64,000 nt of DNA from Selaginella moellendorffii (Eukaryota > Plantae > Lycopodiophyta), in the NCBI RefSeq assembly GCF_000143415.4, contig NW_003314335.1, forward strand, positions 340,113 to 404,112. Reading direction: 5' to 3'. Each line of letters begins with the position of its first letter. The stretch's first letter is position 1. Below, piece after piece: positions 26,401 through 37,726 of the stretch. Below the pieces are notes generated by a model, which saw only the letters and a list, made by a program, of their open reading frames with translations, was not told the DNA's origin and made no database searches. The translations under genes and the position numbers were made by a program.

Positions 26401-29400
26401 TTGTCTATGAACTTTTATTTTGTACCTAGGGTATCACGTTCATATTGGGCAAGTATATAACTTGATGACAAAAGTTGGTGTTTGGGTCTTGTGAAGGTAA
26501 GTTGAGGAGTGATTGTTAGTTGCTTTGCGACTAGTGATTACTTATAGACTTCGTCAAGGACTGTTGACACTTGCTTTGCTCGATGATGATTTAGTAGTGA
26601 TAGGCTTACTTTACTGGATAGTGTTGCGGAGGACTGTGTCGTTAGGCTTACACATGGGTTTTTCATGTTGGCATGTCGACTCTACCTCTGTTGATATCAT
26701 TTGGTTACATTTAGTCTGTAGTGTTGGATTTCATTGAGTTTTGGATGTGGTGAATCACTCCTTGATGATATGTATTCTGTAGCTGAGTGTTGCTGAAGGA
26801 TTGGTCTCGGATACTGACTAAAGTATCTTTGCCATTGGTTAGCTTGGTTGCTAGAAAATTTTGGGTGGTGATTCACTCTTGCTTTCTTCTAGTTTTGTTC
26901 TAGTGTTGATGGCATTGAAGTAATGCTTTGTCGTTGACAATATTCATATTGAGATTCGAGTGAAATGAGATGTTTTCCTTAGGATTGATATTGAGTTTCA
27001 TTGGTCTTGATGCAAATAGTGTTGATGATTTGGTTTTCGCTTTGTGTTATTGGCATTTGTGCATTGCTAGTTAGCAACTATGTTGACGTTCAAATGAACT
27101 GAGTGGCAAGTTGAGTTAGTTGTGTTCTAGACGAGATTGCTTAATTGAGATTGAGCTTTAGCTTTTCCTTGAAAAGTGATTTAGTCGTGGACTATGCTAG
27201 CTTCCCGAGACGAAGAGTTAGTGATCGATATTGAAATGTTTGAATCCTTATTGGATTTGAGTTAGAATATATTGATCATTGATAATTCCTCTTGTGCTTG
27301 TTATGAGGTGAGTTACGTCTTGCTATAGATGGATTGATGGAGGATCGTAGTGATCACTTGTTGAGCATAGCTTTGTTATGCTTGGCTTTTGGATTGATGC
27401 AAATATGCTCTTCCTTAGCTTTAGCATTATGAAGTTTAGCTTCTAGATGTGTTGAGGAGGATGTTGTGGGTTATACCATGATTTCTTCTTTAGCATTGAA
27501 GTTAGCTTCTATGAGACTCGTGATCATTATTAGGCAAGACTTAGCTATAGGCTTCTTCGAGCTTTTGGTTCTTTGAGTTTCATGCTCATTGTTTCATTTG
27601 TTCGGAGTTGTTAGGGAAAGCATTTTGGCTTGTTAGCTTCAATGTTGAAGTTAGTATTTGCATCTAACATTCATTGGTAATGATTGACTATCATCTAGGA
27701 TGATTGATTATCATTGTCAAAGGTTTTGCTTGATTATCGTTGATCTAGAATGATTTGCTATTCTTCGGGATGGTGGATTCCTTCTTAGACGATGATTCTG
27801 CATATCTCTTTTTGATAGGATGATTGATGATCTTTCATGATGGTTAGTTGTTCTCCTTAATGGCTTATGGCTTTTCGCAATACCACATGTTCTTTGTGGT
27901 TTGCTCTGGTTTGGTCTCATGGGTTTGAGACATCAGTAGGATGTTGCTAACACTTGCTTAGGCAACTTGAGTTCCTTGGTGTTGTTGGCTGGGATCTATT
28001 CGGATTGGCTAGTGTAATAGTTGGCATGAATGGGTGTTTGTTGGTCTTACCGCATTCATTCTGTTCTGTTGATTATTGTTTGAGTTAGTTCTAATAGATT
28101 GGGATGTTATTTCCTTTGGGTGATACATTCGCGAACATTTTGTTTGCTAGTCAGTGATACTTTGTGTTCTTTGAGTTATCTTTAGTAAGTTGTTTGGCAT
28201 ACTGTCTACCATCTTCGGTAGTTAAGTTTCATCATTGAGTTTCCTTGATGATATACTTGCTATTGAATTTTGTTGGATGGTGAATCCTATGTTTTCCAAA
28301 GTTAGTGATCTTGGTGGTTCCTATCTACTATAATACTAGTTTATTAGATGATAACTTACTTGGAATACTTTTGTGTTCTAATCTAAGATATATTCACTGA
28401 TATTTAAGACTCTCAGATATCATTGTCTATGACTTTGATATTGTCCATCTATTGATCTTTGAGTTTGGGCCAGTATAGGCAGACTGGCTTCGGCACTTCG
28501 TATGCATGGTGAAATCTCTAGTCATGGGGTAGCTACTGTCGACTGGTCACATAATCCGCCTCTCTGTCGATGTTCCTTTTCCATGAAAGGGCGTGACCGT
28601 GTAAACAACTCTAACTGCCTGTTTACAGTAGTCTATCTAAACCTTACTAACGGGTTTGGTTTCTTTGCTTAGGAGGGTTGGGGCCTCTAGCTTCTCTCTC
28701 TATGTTCCTGTGGGCAGGGGCATATCACCCTTTTGTAAGCTGGGTGACTCCCAGAGCAGCAAGGGTGGCTGACTCTGTTGGTCATTTCCTTGTCGGCGAC
28801 GGCCGGAAGGTGTCTGAGCTGGTAGCGCATCCGCGTTAGACAAAGAGGTTGCCCCCTTAACTCATTTAAGTTGGTGCATTTCTCACATAGTGTGAGTACC
28901 GTGAACTTTTTCTGGAGTTGTTTCCTTGGCGGTATTCTAGACTCGAGTATGCATCGACGAGGACGTCGATCTTCCCTAGGGGGGGAGAGTGTCGCGAATG
29001 TGACTTCAGGTATCGAAAGTTACCTGTCGGCCAGTCCTTACGGACACTCTTACCTTACTACCACGATGGCAGGAGGTCGGTATTGCTGGACCCATTATCA
29101 GTCTCCGCCTAAGCTAGTTGAGAAACTGGTCCTCGCGTGTGCACTTGACCAGATGAGCATAAGGAAGGAATTCCTAAGTGTCTATTTAGTCAAGCATACT
29201 TGACCTGGTTAGAGAAACTCATTTGTTGACTTGCACTTGCTAGTGTTGGGAACCCCCGCAATATTGAGCTTAGTCCCTCAATATCGCTAAATGATAGCTT
29301 ACCGTGTCTGCCAAACACCCTTGCTATCATGCCCTTTGTGTTAGTCTCATTTCGGTCCCAAATGCTATTTATGGNNNNNNNNNNNNNNNNNNNNNNNNNN

Positions 29401-30210
29401 NNNNNNNNNNNNNNNNNNNNNNNNNNNNNNNNNNNNNNNNNNNNNNNNNNNNNNNNNNNNNNNNNNNNNNNNNNTAGAGATTGGCCTGAACACATGGTGT
29501 TCGTCCTATGTCCAAATTCGCAATCTAGGAACATTCCATATTTAGTAAGTTTCGAGCTTGTCCCAGAGACTAACTCCTGATACTAAGGGAGGCTTGGGGT
29601 GAAAGCCCAAAGCGTGTGTTCCTAAGGGGGGGGGGGGGGGAGGGGGGGGGGGGCTGTGGGGGGTTCCAAATGTATAGTAGGGATAGTGGGTAGGTCGGGC
29701 ATGGCCGACTAACCTGAGGCATAGTCTAGCTCTCGCTTGGGGGCCTGTCCTTGTTCTACGTCCGGGTTGGGTCTAAGCCCAAGTTCCATTCCATGGTAGC
29801 TGGGGGAGGACCCATATCCTCACGTTAGGCCACCGGTATGCTGAAATAGCGCCAGACTCTGTTTGGCTCCGTTTTGCGGGCTAATCCTGGCATTGGGATG
29901 CTGGTTGCTCCAGGACTGTTCCAAGTCGCTCCGGGCCCCTGTCCCTTCGTTCCTTGGGTTGTATGCTTGGGAGTTGCTCCGGGGTTCGGTTCCATCACTC
30001 CTTGGCTCCATGCTTGGGAGTTTGGCACTGTTCATTCGTTCAGGGGCCCAAGGCCCTGAACCTCGGGTTCCTATGGACATGTGGCATGGACACGTGGCAT
30101 GTGACATGTGGCATCTATCACGTGGCACAAAGAGGGTTTAGGTTCCGCTTCATGGTGTTATCCTATGGTAAATCACCATAGGATAAAGGGTCAAAACCAC
30201 GTGCGCTACA
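23454..30210 (+). mobile_element. Non-autonomous LTR element 'B' (LARD-like), 556-bp LTRs
   Basis: LTRs at 23454-24009 and 29655-30210 (TGTGGGGGGTTCC...GCTACA). PBS TGGTATCAGAG at 24012-24022 (tRNA-iMet type). Poly-G PPT at ~29626-29653. The 5.6-kb internal region has no substantial ORF; gap at 29375-29474. Confidence 0.88.
29375..29474. other. Assembly gap (N run)
   Basis: 100 N. Confidence 1.
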
Positions 30211-32899
30211 GAGATGGACCTGAGATGGAATCCGAGATGGAGTCCGAGAAGGACCTGAGATGGAGTCCGAGGTCGAGACCGAGACCGAGACCGAGACCGA
30301 GACTGGGACCGAGACCTGGACCGAGACCGAGACCGAGACCGGGACTGAGACCGAGACCGAGGCAGAGGCCGAGACCGAGCCCGAGTTCGAGACCGAGTCC
30401 GAGTCCGAGTCCGAGTCCGAGTCCGAGTCCGAGTTCAAGTCTGAGAGGGTGAAAGCCCAAAGCGTTCGTCTACCAGACCCTAGGGGGTTTCGTGAGCTCC
30501 AAAAGTATAGTAGGGGGGAGGACTGCAGTGGAGCCAGTTTGGCTAGGAAAGGCCAGTTTGGCCCAAGAAGGCCAGACCCTGTGTTGGGTGATGAATTGAC
30601 CATTGGGAAGTCCAAGACTAGAGTGAATACGGACCGACAAGCGGGGTAACTTGGTGAAGTGTTCAAGAGCCAGCTCTAGTTCCCCCGGGAGATCAATTGG
30701 CCGATGCTCCCAATCCAAGTGTGGGTGGCACTCCCTACTTGGATACCAGGCGTGGCTCAACAGAACCTCGCTCTAAGCCCATGGCTAGAGCACCCAAAGG
30801 CGGAAGGCAGGGAGAGTACCTAGGTGGCTCGCGTAAGGCCACGGTGTTCTGAAGTGTTGTCCCCATGTCCCAGACTATGGAAAGGAAAAGGAGCAGTCCT
30901 TTGGTGTGGTGGCCAAGGATACGGTCACGTGGTGAGGAAGTCCCAGAGGACCATGGGACTTAGTGGTCAGGCCTGTGGGCCTCGATCCAGTGGCAGTGTT
31001 AGCAAACACGGCCAAAGGCAAAAAGGGACTTAGTGGGGACTGACAGAGGGATATTTGGGAAGGCTGTTCCCTTTGTCGGTGGGCATCCTAAGGATGCTAA
31101 GGAATGGATCTGGGATGACCACTCACGGATGGTTGGCCCAGTCTTGGAGAGACAAGACTGTGTTGCAATTGGTATTGGACTACCAGTGCAGCAAAGGTGA
31201 TTGGGCATGGCCTTAGCATAACAGGCTGCTATGTCGGTGGTACCTTTGAGTGTCAGTCATGGGATCGGACACGTGGAGCACTTGGACCAGGTGCAAGGGT
31301 TGAGTGGCATAGATGCCATTCTTGGGGCTAGCAAGTCCCAAATCCTGAATTGGACTTATAGAGGTTGTGAATGAGACTCCTCCAAGTGGTCAGAGGTGTG
31401 GTTAAGTGACTAAAGTAGAATGGAAAATTTAGTCGCTTACATCCATGTGATGAGAATACCAACTCATCCTCTGAGTACACCCCTAACTCCTTGGGTTGTT
31501 CCAGCATTTATTAGAGGTAGCCCCGGCTACCATTTCAAGGACTTGTGTCCTCTTCTGTATTTGACCTCCCATGGTCATCAATTCTGGTCTCAAAGTTATG
31601 AGCACCAGCCTCAACTATATGAAAGTAATCTTGTGACTCCTTTATTGTTTTGGAGTCTGCATCTTTCCCGTGATCCCACTATAGTTGTTTACCACAACTA
31701 TGTTAGCCTGTTTGCTGCGTCAAACGCTCATCTGGATCACATCCTCACTCAATGAGGAAAGCCTTACACTGTTCCCAAGATCCCAAAGTCGTTCCATCAT
31801 TGGCCCTTTTCTATCCACCACTTTGCCTACAAGTTCACACGTGAACTGTAGTGGAGAGCCATGTCTTCCCGACTTGTAAGGAACAGCTCCAATACCAAAT
31901 TGTAAGCGACTAAATTTTCCATTCTACTTTAATCACTTAACCACACCTCTGCCCACTTGGAGGAGTCTCATTCACAACCTCCTTAAGTCCAATTCAAGAC
32001 TTGGGACTTGCTAGTCCCGAGAATGGCATCCATGCCACTCAACCCTTGCACTTGGTCCAAGTGCTCCACGTGTCCGGTCCCAAGACCGACACCTAAAGGT
32101 GCCACTGACATATCGGCCTATTACACTAAGGCCATGCCCATTCACCTTTGCCACACTGGTGGTCCAACACCACTTGCATCACCATCCCATCTCTCCAAGA
32201 CTGGGCCATCCGTCCACGAGTGGTCATCCCAGATCCACTCCTTAGCATCCTTAGGATGCCCACAGACATGGGGAATAGCCTTCCCCAACATCCCTTTGTC
32301 AGTTCCTGCCAAGTCCCTTTTTCGTCCATAGCCATGTTCACCAACACTGCCACTAGGTCAAGGCCCGCAGGCCTGGCCACTAAGTCCCATTGTCCTCTGG
32401 GACTTCCTCACCATATGACTGTATCCGTAGTCACTACACTAGAGGATTGCTCCTCCTCCTTTCCCCCATTTAGGACTTCGGGACGACATTTCGGAACACT
32501 GTGGCCCTACGCGAGCCCTGTGGGTACTCTCCCCACCTTCTGCCTTTAGGTGCTCTAGCCATGGGCTTAGAGCGAGGTTCCGTTGAGCCACACCAAGTAT
32601 CCAAGTAGGGAGTGCCACCCACACTTGGACTGGGAGCATCGGCCAGTCGATCTCCCGGGGGAACTAGAGCCGGCTCTTGAACACTTCACCAAGCTACCCC
32701 GCTTGTTGGTCTGTATTCACTCTAGTCTTGGACTTCCCAGTGGTCAGTTCATCACCCAACACTGGGTCTGGCCTTCCTGGGCCAAATTGGCCTTTCCTGA
32801 CCAAACTAGCTCCACTGCAGTCCTCCCCCTATTATACTTTTGGAGCTCACCAAACCCCCCAGGGTCTGGGAGATGAACACTTTGGGCTTTCACCCTCTC

Positions 32900-33430
32900 A
32901 GACTCAAACTCGAACACGGACTCGAACTCGAACTTGAACTCGGACTCGGACTCGGACTCAGACTCAGACTCGGACTCAGACTCGGACTCGGACTCGGCCT
33001 CGGCCTCGGCCTCGGTCTCAGTCTCGGTCTCAGTCCCGGTCTCGGTCTTGACCTCGAACTCCATCTCAGGTCCTTCTCGGACTCCATCTCGGATTCCATC
33101 TCGGGTCCATCTCAGGCTCAATCTTGGACTCCGTCTCGGTCCATCTCGGACTCCATCTCGAACTCTATCTCAGGTCCATCTCGGGTCCATCTCGGACTCC
33201 ATCTCGGGTCCATCTTGGACTCCATCTCGAGTCCTTCTTGGACTCCATCTCGGACTCCATCTCGGTCCATCTCGGACTCCACCTCAGACTCCAACTCGGG
33301 TCCATCTTGAACTCCATCTCGGACTTCATCTCGGGTCCACCTCAGACTCCATCTCGGACTCCAACTCGGGTCCATCTCGGACTCCACCTCGGACTCCAAC
33401 TCAGGTCCATCTCGGACTCCATCTCGGACA
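32900..33430. repeat. Hexamer plus 12-mer tandem array within the 5' LTR of element A
   Basis: (GACTCG)n grading into (GGACTCCATCTC)n. Confidence 0.95.
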
Positions 33431-35432
33431 CTTCCACGTATCATGTGTTGGTCCTTTTGGTTCCCTTTTTGGAGCCTCGCTTATTGCTCGCTTCATGCTC
33501 ATTCCTTGAGCACTCCATTGGGAGTTCCACTCCTACTCTCGATCTTTCAAGTCGGAGCCTTTTAGTCCAAACGTGTTATGCTCGTTTGGCTTTTGCTTCG
33601 GCCACTACCACATGGTACCCTTTCGGCTCCACTTTGGGGCTTAAGAATTTGTGTCTCACAGTTACCTTGTAGGCAACTTTGTAAGCCCACAACACATTAA
33701 AAAGCATGGTATCCCAATCGCTGGCACTTGCATTGCAAAGCTTGGTCATGGTGTCACATAGTGTCTTATTGGTTCTCTCAACTTGGCCATTTGCTTGAGG
33801 ATGATATGGTGTCAAGTGTCAAAGGGAAATGCCATACTTGGCTGTGAGAGTTGCAATGACCATATTAATAAAATGTGTACCTCAATCACTCACAAGCTCA
33901 AGTGGGCAGCCAAAGTGCATGATGGTGTTCTTGTAGAGGAATCCTGCTACCTTCTTGGCCATGTTTTTGTTGAAAGCCTCAACTTCTACTCACTTGGTCA
34001 CATAATCCATGCAGACCAAGATATAATGATTCTGGCGATGTCACCTTGGCTTGAATGGCCCCATAAAGTTGATTCCCCACTTGTCAAAAGGTAGAGCTGG
34101 AATAATTGAATGTAACAGCATTGCATCTTGTTGAGTAGGACACCCAACACATTGGCATGGATCACAACTTCTCACAAATTTTGCCACATTCTGCTGGAGT
34201 GTTGGCCACCAATAACTAGTTTGGAGCACAAGCCGTATAGTCGCTGCTGCTGCATATGCCCATCATAGGGAGAATCATGGGAAGAGACAATCACCTGCTA
34301 CACCTCATAAGGAAGAATGCAGCACCTCAGAACACCATCTCTTCCTTCCTTATAAAGCTGGCCAGCAATCAAGGTGAAAGCTGGTAACGAGTAAAGAAGC
34401 CTCTTTTGTGCCACCTTCGACATATCATCAGGAAATCTGCTAGCAACAAGAATTTCCATGATACCCTAATACCACACCAGCACAGCTAAAACCTGGTATA
34501 AAAGCAGCTCCTCTGCTTCTGATTGGGTTGAGAGTGCATCTGGAATTTCTGTAGAAACCTGCTCACCCTCCAACAAGAAAAGAGGAGTATTGAGCAGCTC
34601 ATCATAAACTCCTTCCTTGGCAGGTTGTCCTGGTAATCTTGAAAGACAATCAGGATCACATCAAATTTTTCAGGCTTCAACACGATCTCAAATTTGAATT
34701 CTTGAAGCAAAAGCAACCAGCAAGTGATTCAGCTATGTCGATAAGGCTTATTATAAGATACTGCAGCTCTTGGTGATCCAAACAAAAGAGGAATGGCATT
34801 CCCAGCAGATAGTGGCAATATTTGGTAACAGCAAACACAATTTCCAAGCCATTGTGTTCAGTGGCTGTATAATTCTTCTCAACCAGAGATAACTACCTAC
34901 TCAAATAAAATATGGGATGATCCCAACCATTAACTAGCTGGCATAAAACAACACCAATAGCAAAAGTAGAAGTGTCAACATGCACATAGAATTTCAAATT
35001 CCAATCTAGCAGCTTAAGAATACATGCTGTGCCTCAAACGAAGCGCACGCTGTGTATGGGGTGACATGCGTTGTTAACCATCAATACAATCCCGCGTCCC
35101 CGTGGTGTCGTGTCGACAACCCTAGGGTAGGGTAGTAGAGTAATGATTAGATACCTCGAGCAGTTTTTGTAAAGCCACCGTTTATGGGAATCATTTTGTT
35201 TTAGGGTTACCAAAACAGAGTACCCTAATCTGTTTAGGGTTCTCATTTATTTTTAGGTTACGTCGTGCCACCTTTTTTAACCACGTCCAGAATATTCTGT
35301 CACCCTTTCTTTTGACGTTGGTTCTTAGGAATATCCGGATAGTATACGATATGCATACCACGTGATTTTTAGCGACTGATACGTAGCATAGGGAATATAC
35401 ATATCCGTATGTATATAATATATACCATATCA

Positions 35433-37587
35433 TTCACGGCATTGTGACGCTCTTATATCAGGAAGCCATTGTATTACCTTATCTTTTTTACAAAGCGATA
35501 AAGGTAATATGGCTTTGTTTAATGCCTTAATTATAATGTTTTTAAGGCGATTAAACGAAAAACCGTTATTCATGAATTTTCCTATTAATTTTTTTAATTT
35601 CTGCTAAGAGATTTTGTTCCTCTGAGCAAAGATAAAAAAGTAGTAGGACCTGACCCACGATAATTTTATAAGAATTATTCTTAGGTCGATTCGAATCAAA
35701 GTGGACAAACTGGCAAATAGAAAAAGATAAATGATCCCTTTTATCATATTTGCTAGTAGTGAAAGAACCAGTTTCTTTGTCGTTAATTTTTAAATTAAGA
35801 CTAAGAAAATTGATGTTACCACACCATAGCGTATTTTGATTGGGTCAATCATCGTTTGTTCAATCAACAAAAACTGCAGTGGGTAAATCCAGTACGGGTT
35901 TGACTTGACGCGCGGTTGGTCAGGGTCCAGAAACCGTAGGATCTGTGGGTTGTTAAGGACCGTTAAATCGTCCATGTAGCGAGAAGCGTCTTTGAACAAA
36001 ATCAAGGCTTCCGTATCTCCCAGTCGTTCTAGTCGTTTTATGAAGTTGGATTCATAAAAACACAGATATAAGTTACACCATAGCGGTGAACATGAAAAAC
36101 CCATGGGGATTCCCACAACTTGTTTCCAGACTTTGTTACCGAGTTGAACAAATGTATGGCTAATAGCCCAGGTGTTCCAGAGAATGAGAGTATCGGCATC
36201 AACGCGTATAGCAGTTTTAGTGCGAGCGGAGGCCAACTTCCACTGCGCCGAGAACTTGCCATTCCGATTATGAAGAAACAGGACTTGGCGCTTTTTGCGT
36301 TTAAGCTGCCAAGCTCTGTTAATGAGCTTGGTTAAGACGTTTATCAAGCCGTCTGGTCCATTAAGTGGAATCGCTTCATAACATCTTGATATATCCCCAG
36401 AGAAGGCACAATAAACGCGCTCGGGGAGATTGATGGAGAACTCCGCCATTGAGGAGAGTGTCCAGAAGCAGTTAGTCTCTGTACGTAGCAGGTTACAGAT
36501 TGCTGCATGCGAATCGTGAGCTAAGTCCAACAGGGCAGAAGAAATCTCCTGTAAGCAAGCCGTAATGGCTTTAGTGATCTCCGAAAAGATGCAGTCGGCT
36601 GCATTTGTGAGCCACCGGAGTTTGTCCTTATGAGCCTTGTATATGCACATAAGATATGGTAATTTGATCCGTTCCGGGTTGAAAGTTAGCAACACCTCCT
36701 CCTGAAGGAGCGAATTGATACATTCAACCGGTGTAGTCGCTTGTGCACTGTTATGCAGAAGCGGTTCGAAGTTGGAGCTTCGTACACGGTTCATAGCTTC
36801 CAGCCGGACGAGCCTGATACACAGGAAGGAAGGAGTGTTGGCAGCCTTGTCCGTTCCCGCGATATACAGGTGTTTTTGGAGCCACTGGATACGAGCAGTA
36901 GTAGCCTCGTGGTCCCAAGTATCGGCCGGGGCGTTGATATCGCCGGACAAGGCACTTGATACAGCGTTTTTGATCAGCCGCTTGACAAGCGGAAACTTGT
37001 CCTGGTCCCAGATGCAGGTGAGATCCGGAGATTTTTGGATCAGATCCAGCCACCCGTGATTGAGTTCCGTTAAAATACGCTCCTTATGCACTGGGCAAAG
37101 GGAAATATGATTAAGTCCTTTGTCAAGCTCACATTTTAGATCTCTCCACTGAACAATAAGGCGATCAAGAGTCTTAACGTGTTTTTCAGTCTGCTCCCCC
37201 AAGGGAGAAAGGTATGGTGTAAACGCGGTGATAGCTTCACATCCACAGTCCGGGATGTTATCGGTATCAAATTCACAAAAGACTTCTACTGGTTTGTAAA
37301 GCAAAGAGCGTATCTCATTCTGGTAGGTCCAGCCAAAAACCATATTATCATCAAAGGAAACCATAGGTAGGTTCATTTGAATGAGTATATCTTTGTATAG
37401 CGTCTTTGGTTTTATCAACTCAAATCCACGACTAATATAGTTGAGATGGACGTAAACCTTAGTTTCATCAACGATATTTTCAATCCTGAATCGTCCGGCT
37501 TGGTTCCGGATGATTTTTTTCACAACCTTGTAGTAAGCACATAGAATTAGAGAGAATACTGAATGACAAGGGGCGTATTTTATATAT
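35433..37587 (-). pseudogene. PLE reverse transcriptase (frameshifts near 35810 and 35590)
   Basis: Motifs CGC..HVKTLD..LDKGLNH, TDKAANTPSF, LPYLMCIYKAHK..RWL, NCFW, DISRCYEAIP, QVVGIPMGFSCSPLWCNLYL..YE, RYMDD, WIYP. After the frameshift: FLSLNLKI..SKYDKRD.LSF.ICQFVHFDSN.P (PLE thumb), to TGA at ~35433. No in-frame ATG at the start of the open frame and no GIY-YIG motif seen. Confidence 0.88.
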
Positions 37588-37726
37588 CAGACAAGACAAA
37601 ATATATAAGTACGCCGTGCGCAATGTATATATAATAACAAGGTATTACAGGGATACATTGGACACTTGGGAACATGTTTCTTTTTTCCTTAAGGCCAGAG
37701 AGCCATCAGAAAGAAAACAACTGATT

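Larger units (their letters stand above)
23304..31441 (+). mobile_element. A-family solo LTR (23304-23453 plus 30211-31441), interrupted by element B
   Basis: TGTGAGACAC start and GTCGCTTACA end. TSD TCCAT at 23299-23303 and 31442-31446. Confidence 0.88.
15940..33660 (-). mobile_element. LTR element family 'A' (1.76-kb LTRs, decayed or non-autonomous internal region) containing nested insertions
   Basis: 5' LTR 33660-31901 (TGTGAGACAC...GTCGCTTACA), followed by the Met-type PBS TGGTATTGGAGC. 3' LTR 19788-18164 plus 16082-15940, preceded by the purine tract GGGTGGTGGAGT. 5-bp TSD GTTAC at 15935-15939 and 33661-33665. Internal region 19789-23303 plus 31442-31900 has no substantial ORF. Confidence 0.9.
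15480..35030 (-). mobile_element. Old gypsy 'C' RNase H-integrase (present as 33661-35030 and 15480-15939), split by element A
   Basis: DWNLKFYVHVDTS (RH), YWWPTLQQNVAKFVRSCDPCQ, PFDKWGINFMGP, TPYHPQANGQVERTNK. WAYKVAYKV|T..YG..AILPLELEV reads across the insertion site. Confidence 0.85.

Noticed and set aside
29626-29653. Long G-runs (also 17183-17197) as stand-alone G-quadruplex elements
   Set aside because: Explained as polypurine tracts directly preceding LTRs; homopolymer length is unreliable.
32900-33430. Regular repeat array superficially like a CRISPR
   Set aside because: Contiguous tandem units with no unique spacers, no cas genes, eukaryotic LTR context.
35190-35260. Host telomerase RNA gene
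   Set aside because: The template-like motif lies in the duplicated 3' UTR of a retroelement directly after the RT stop; no snRNA-type USE/TATA promoter was recognised.
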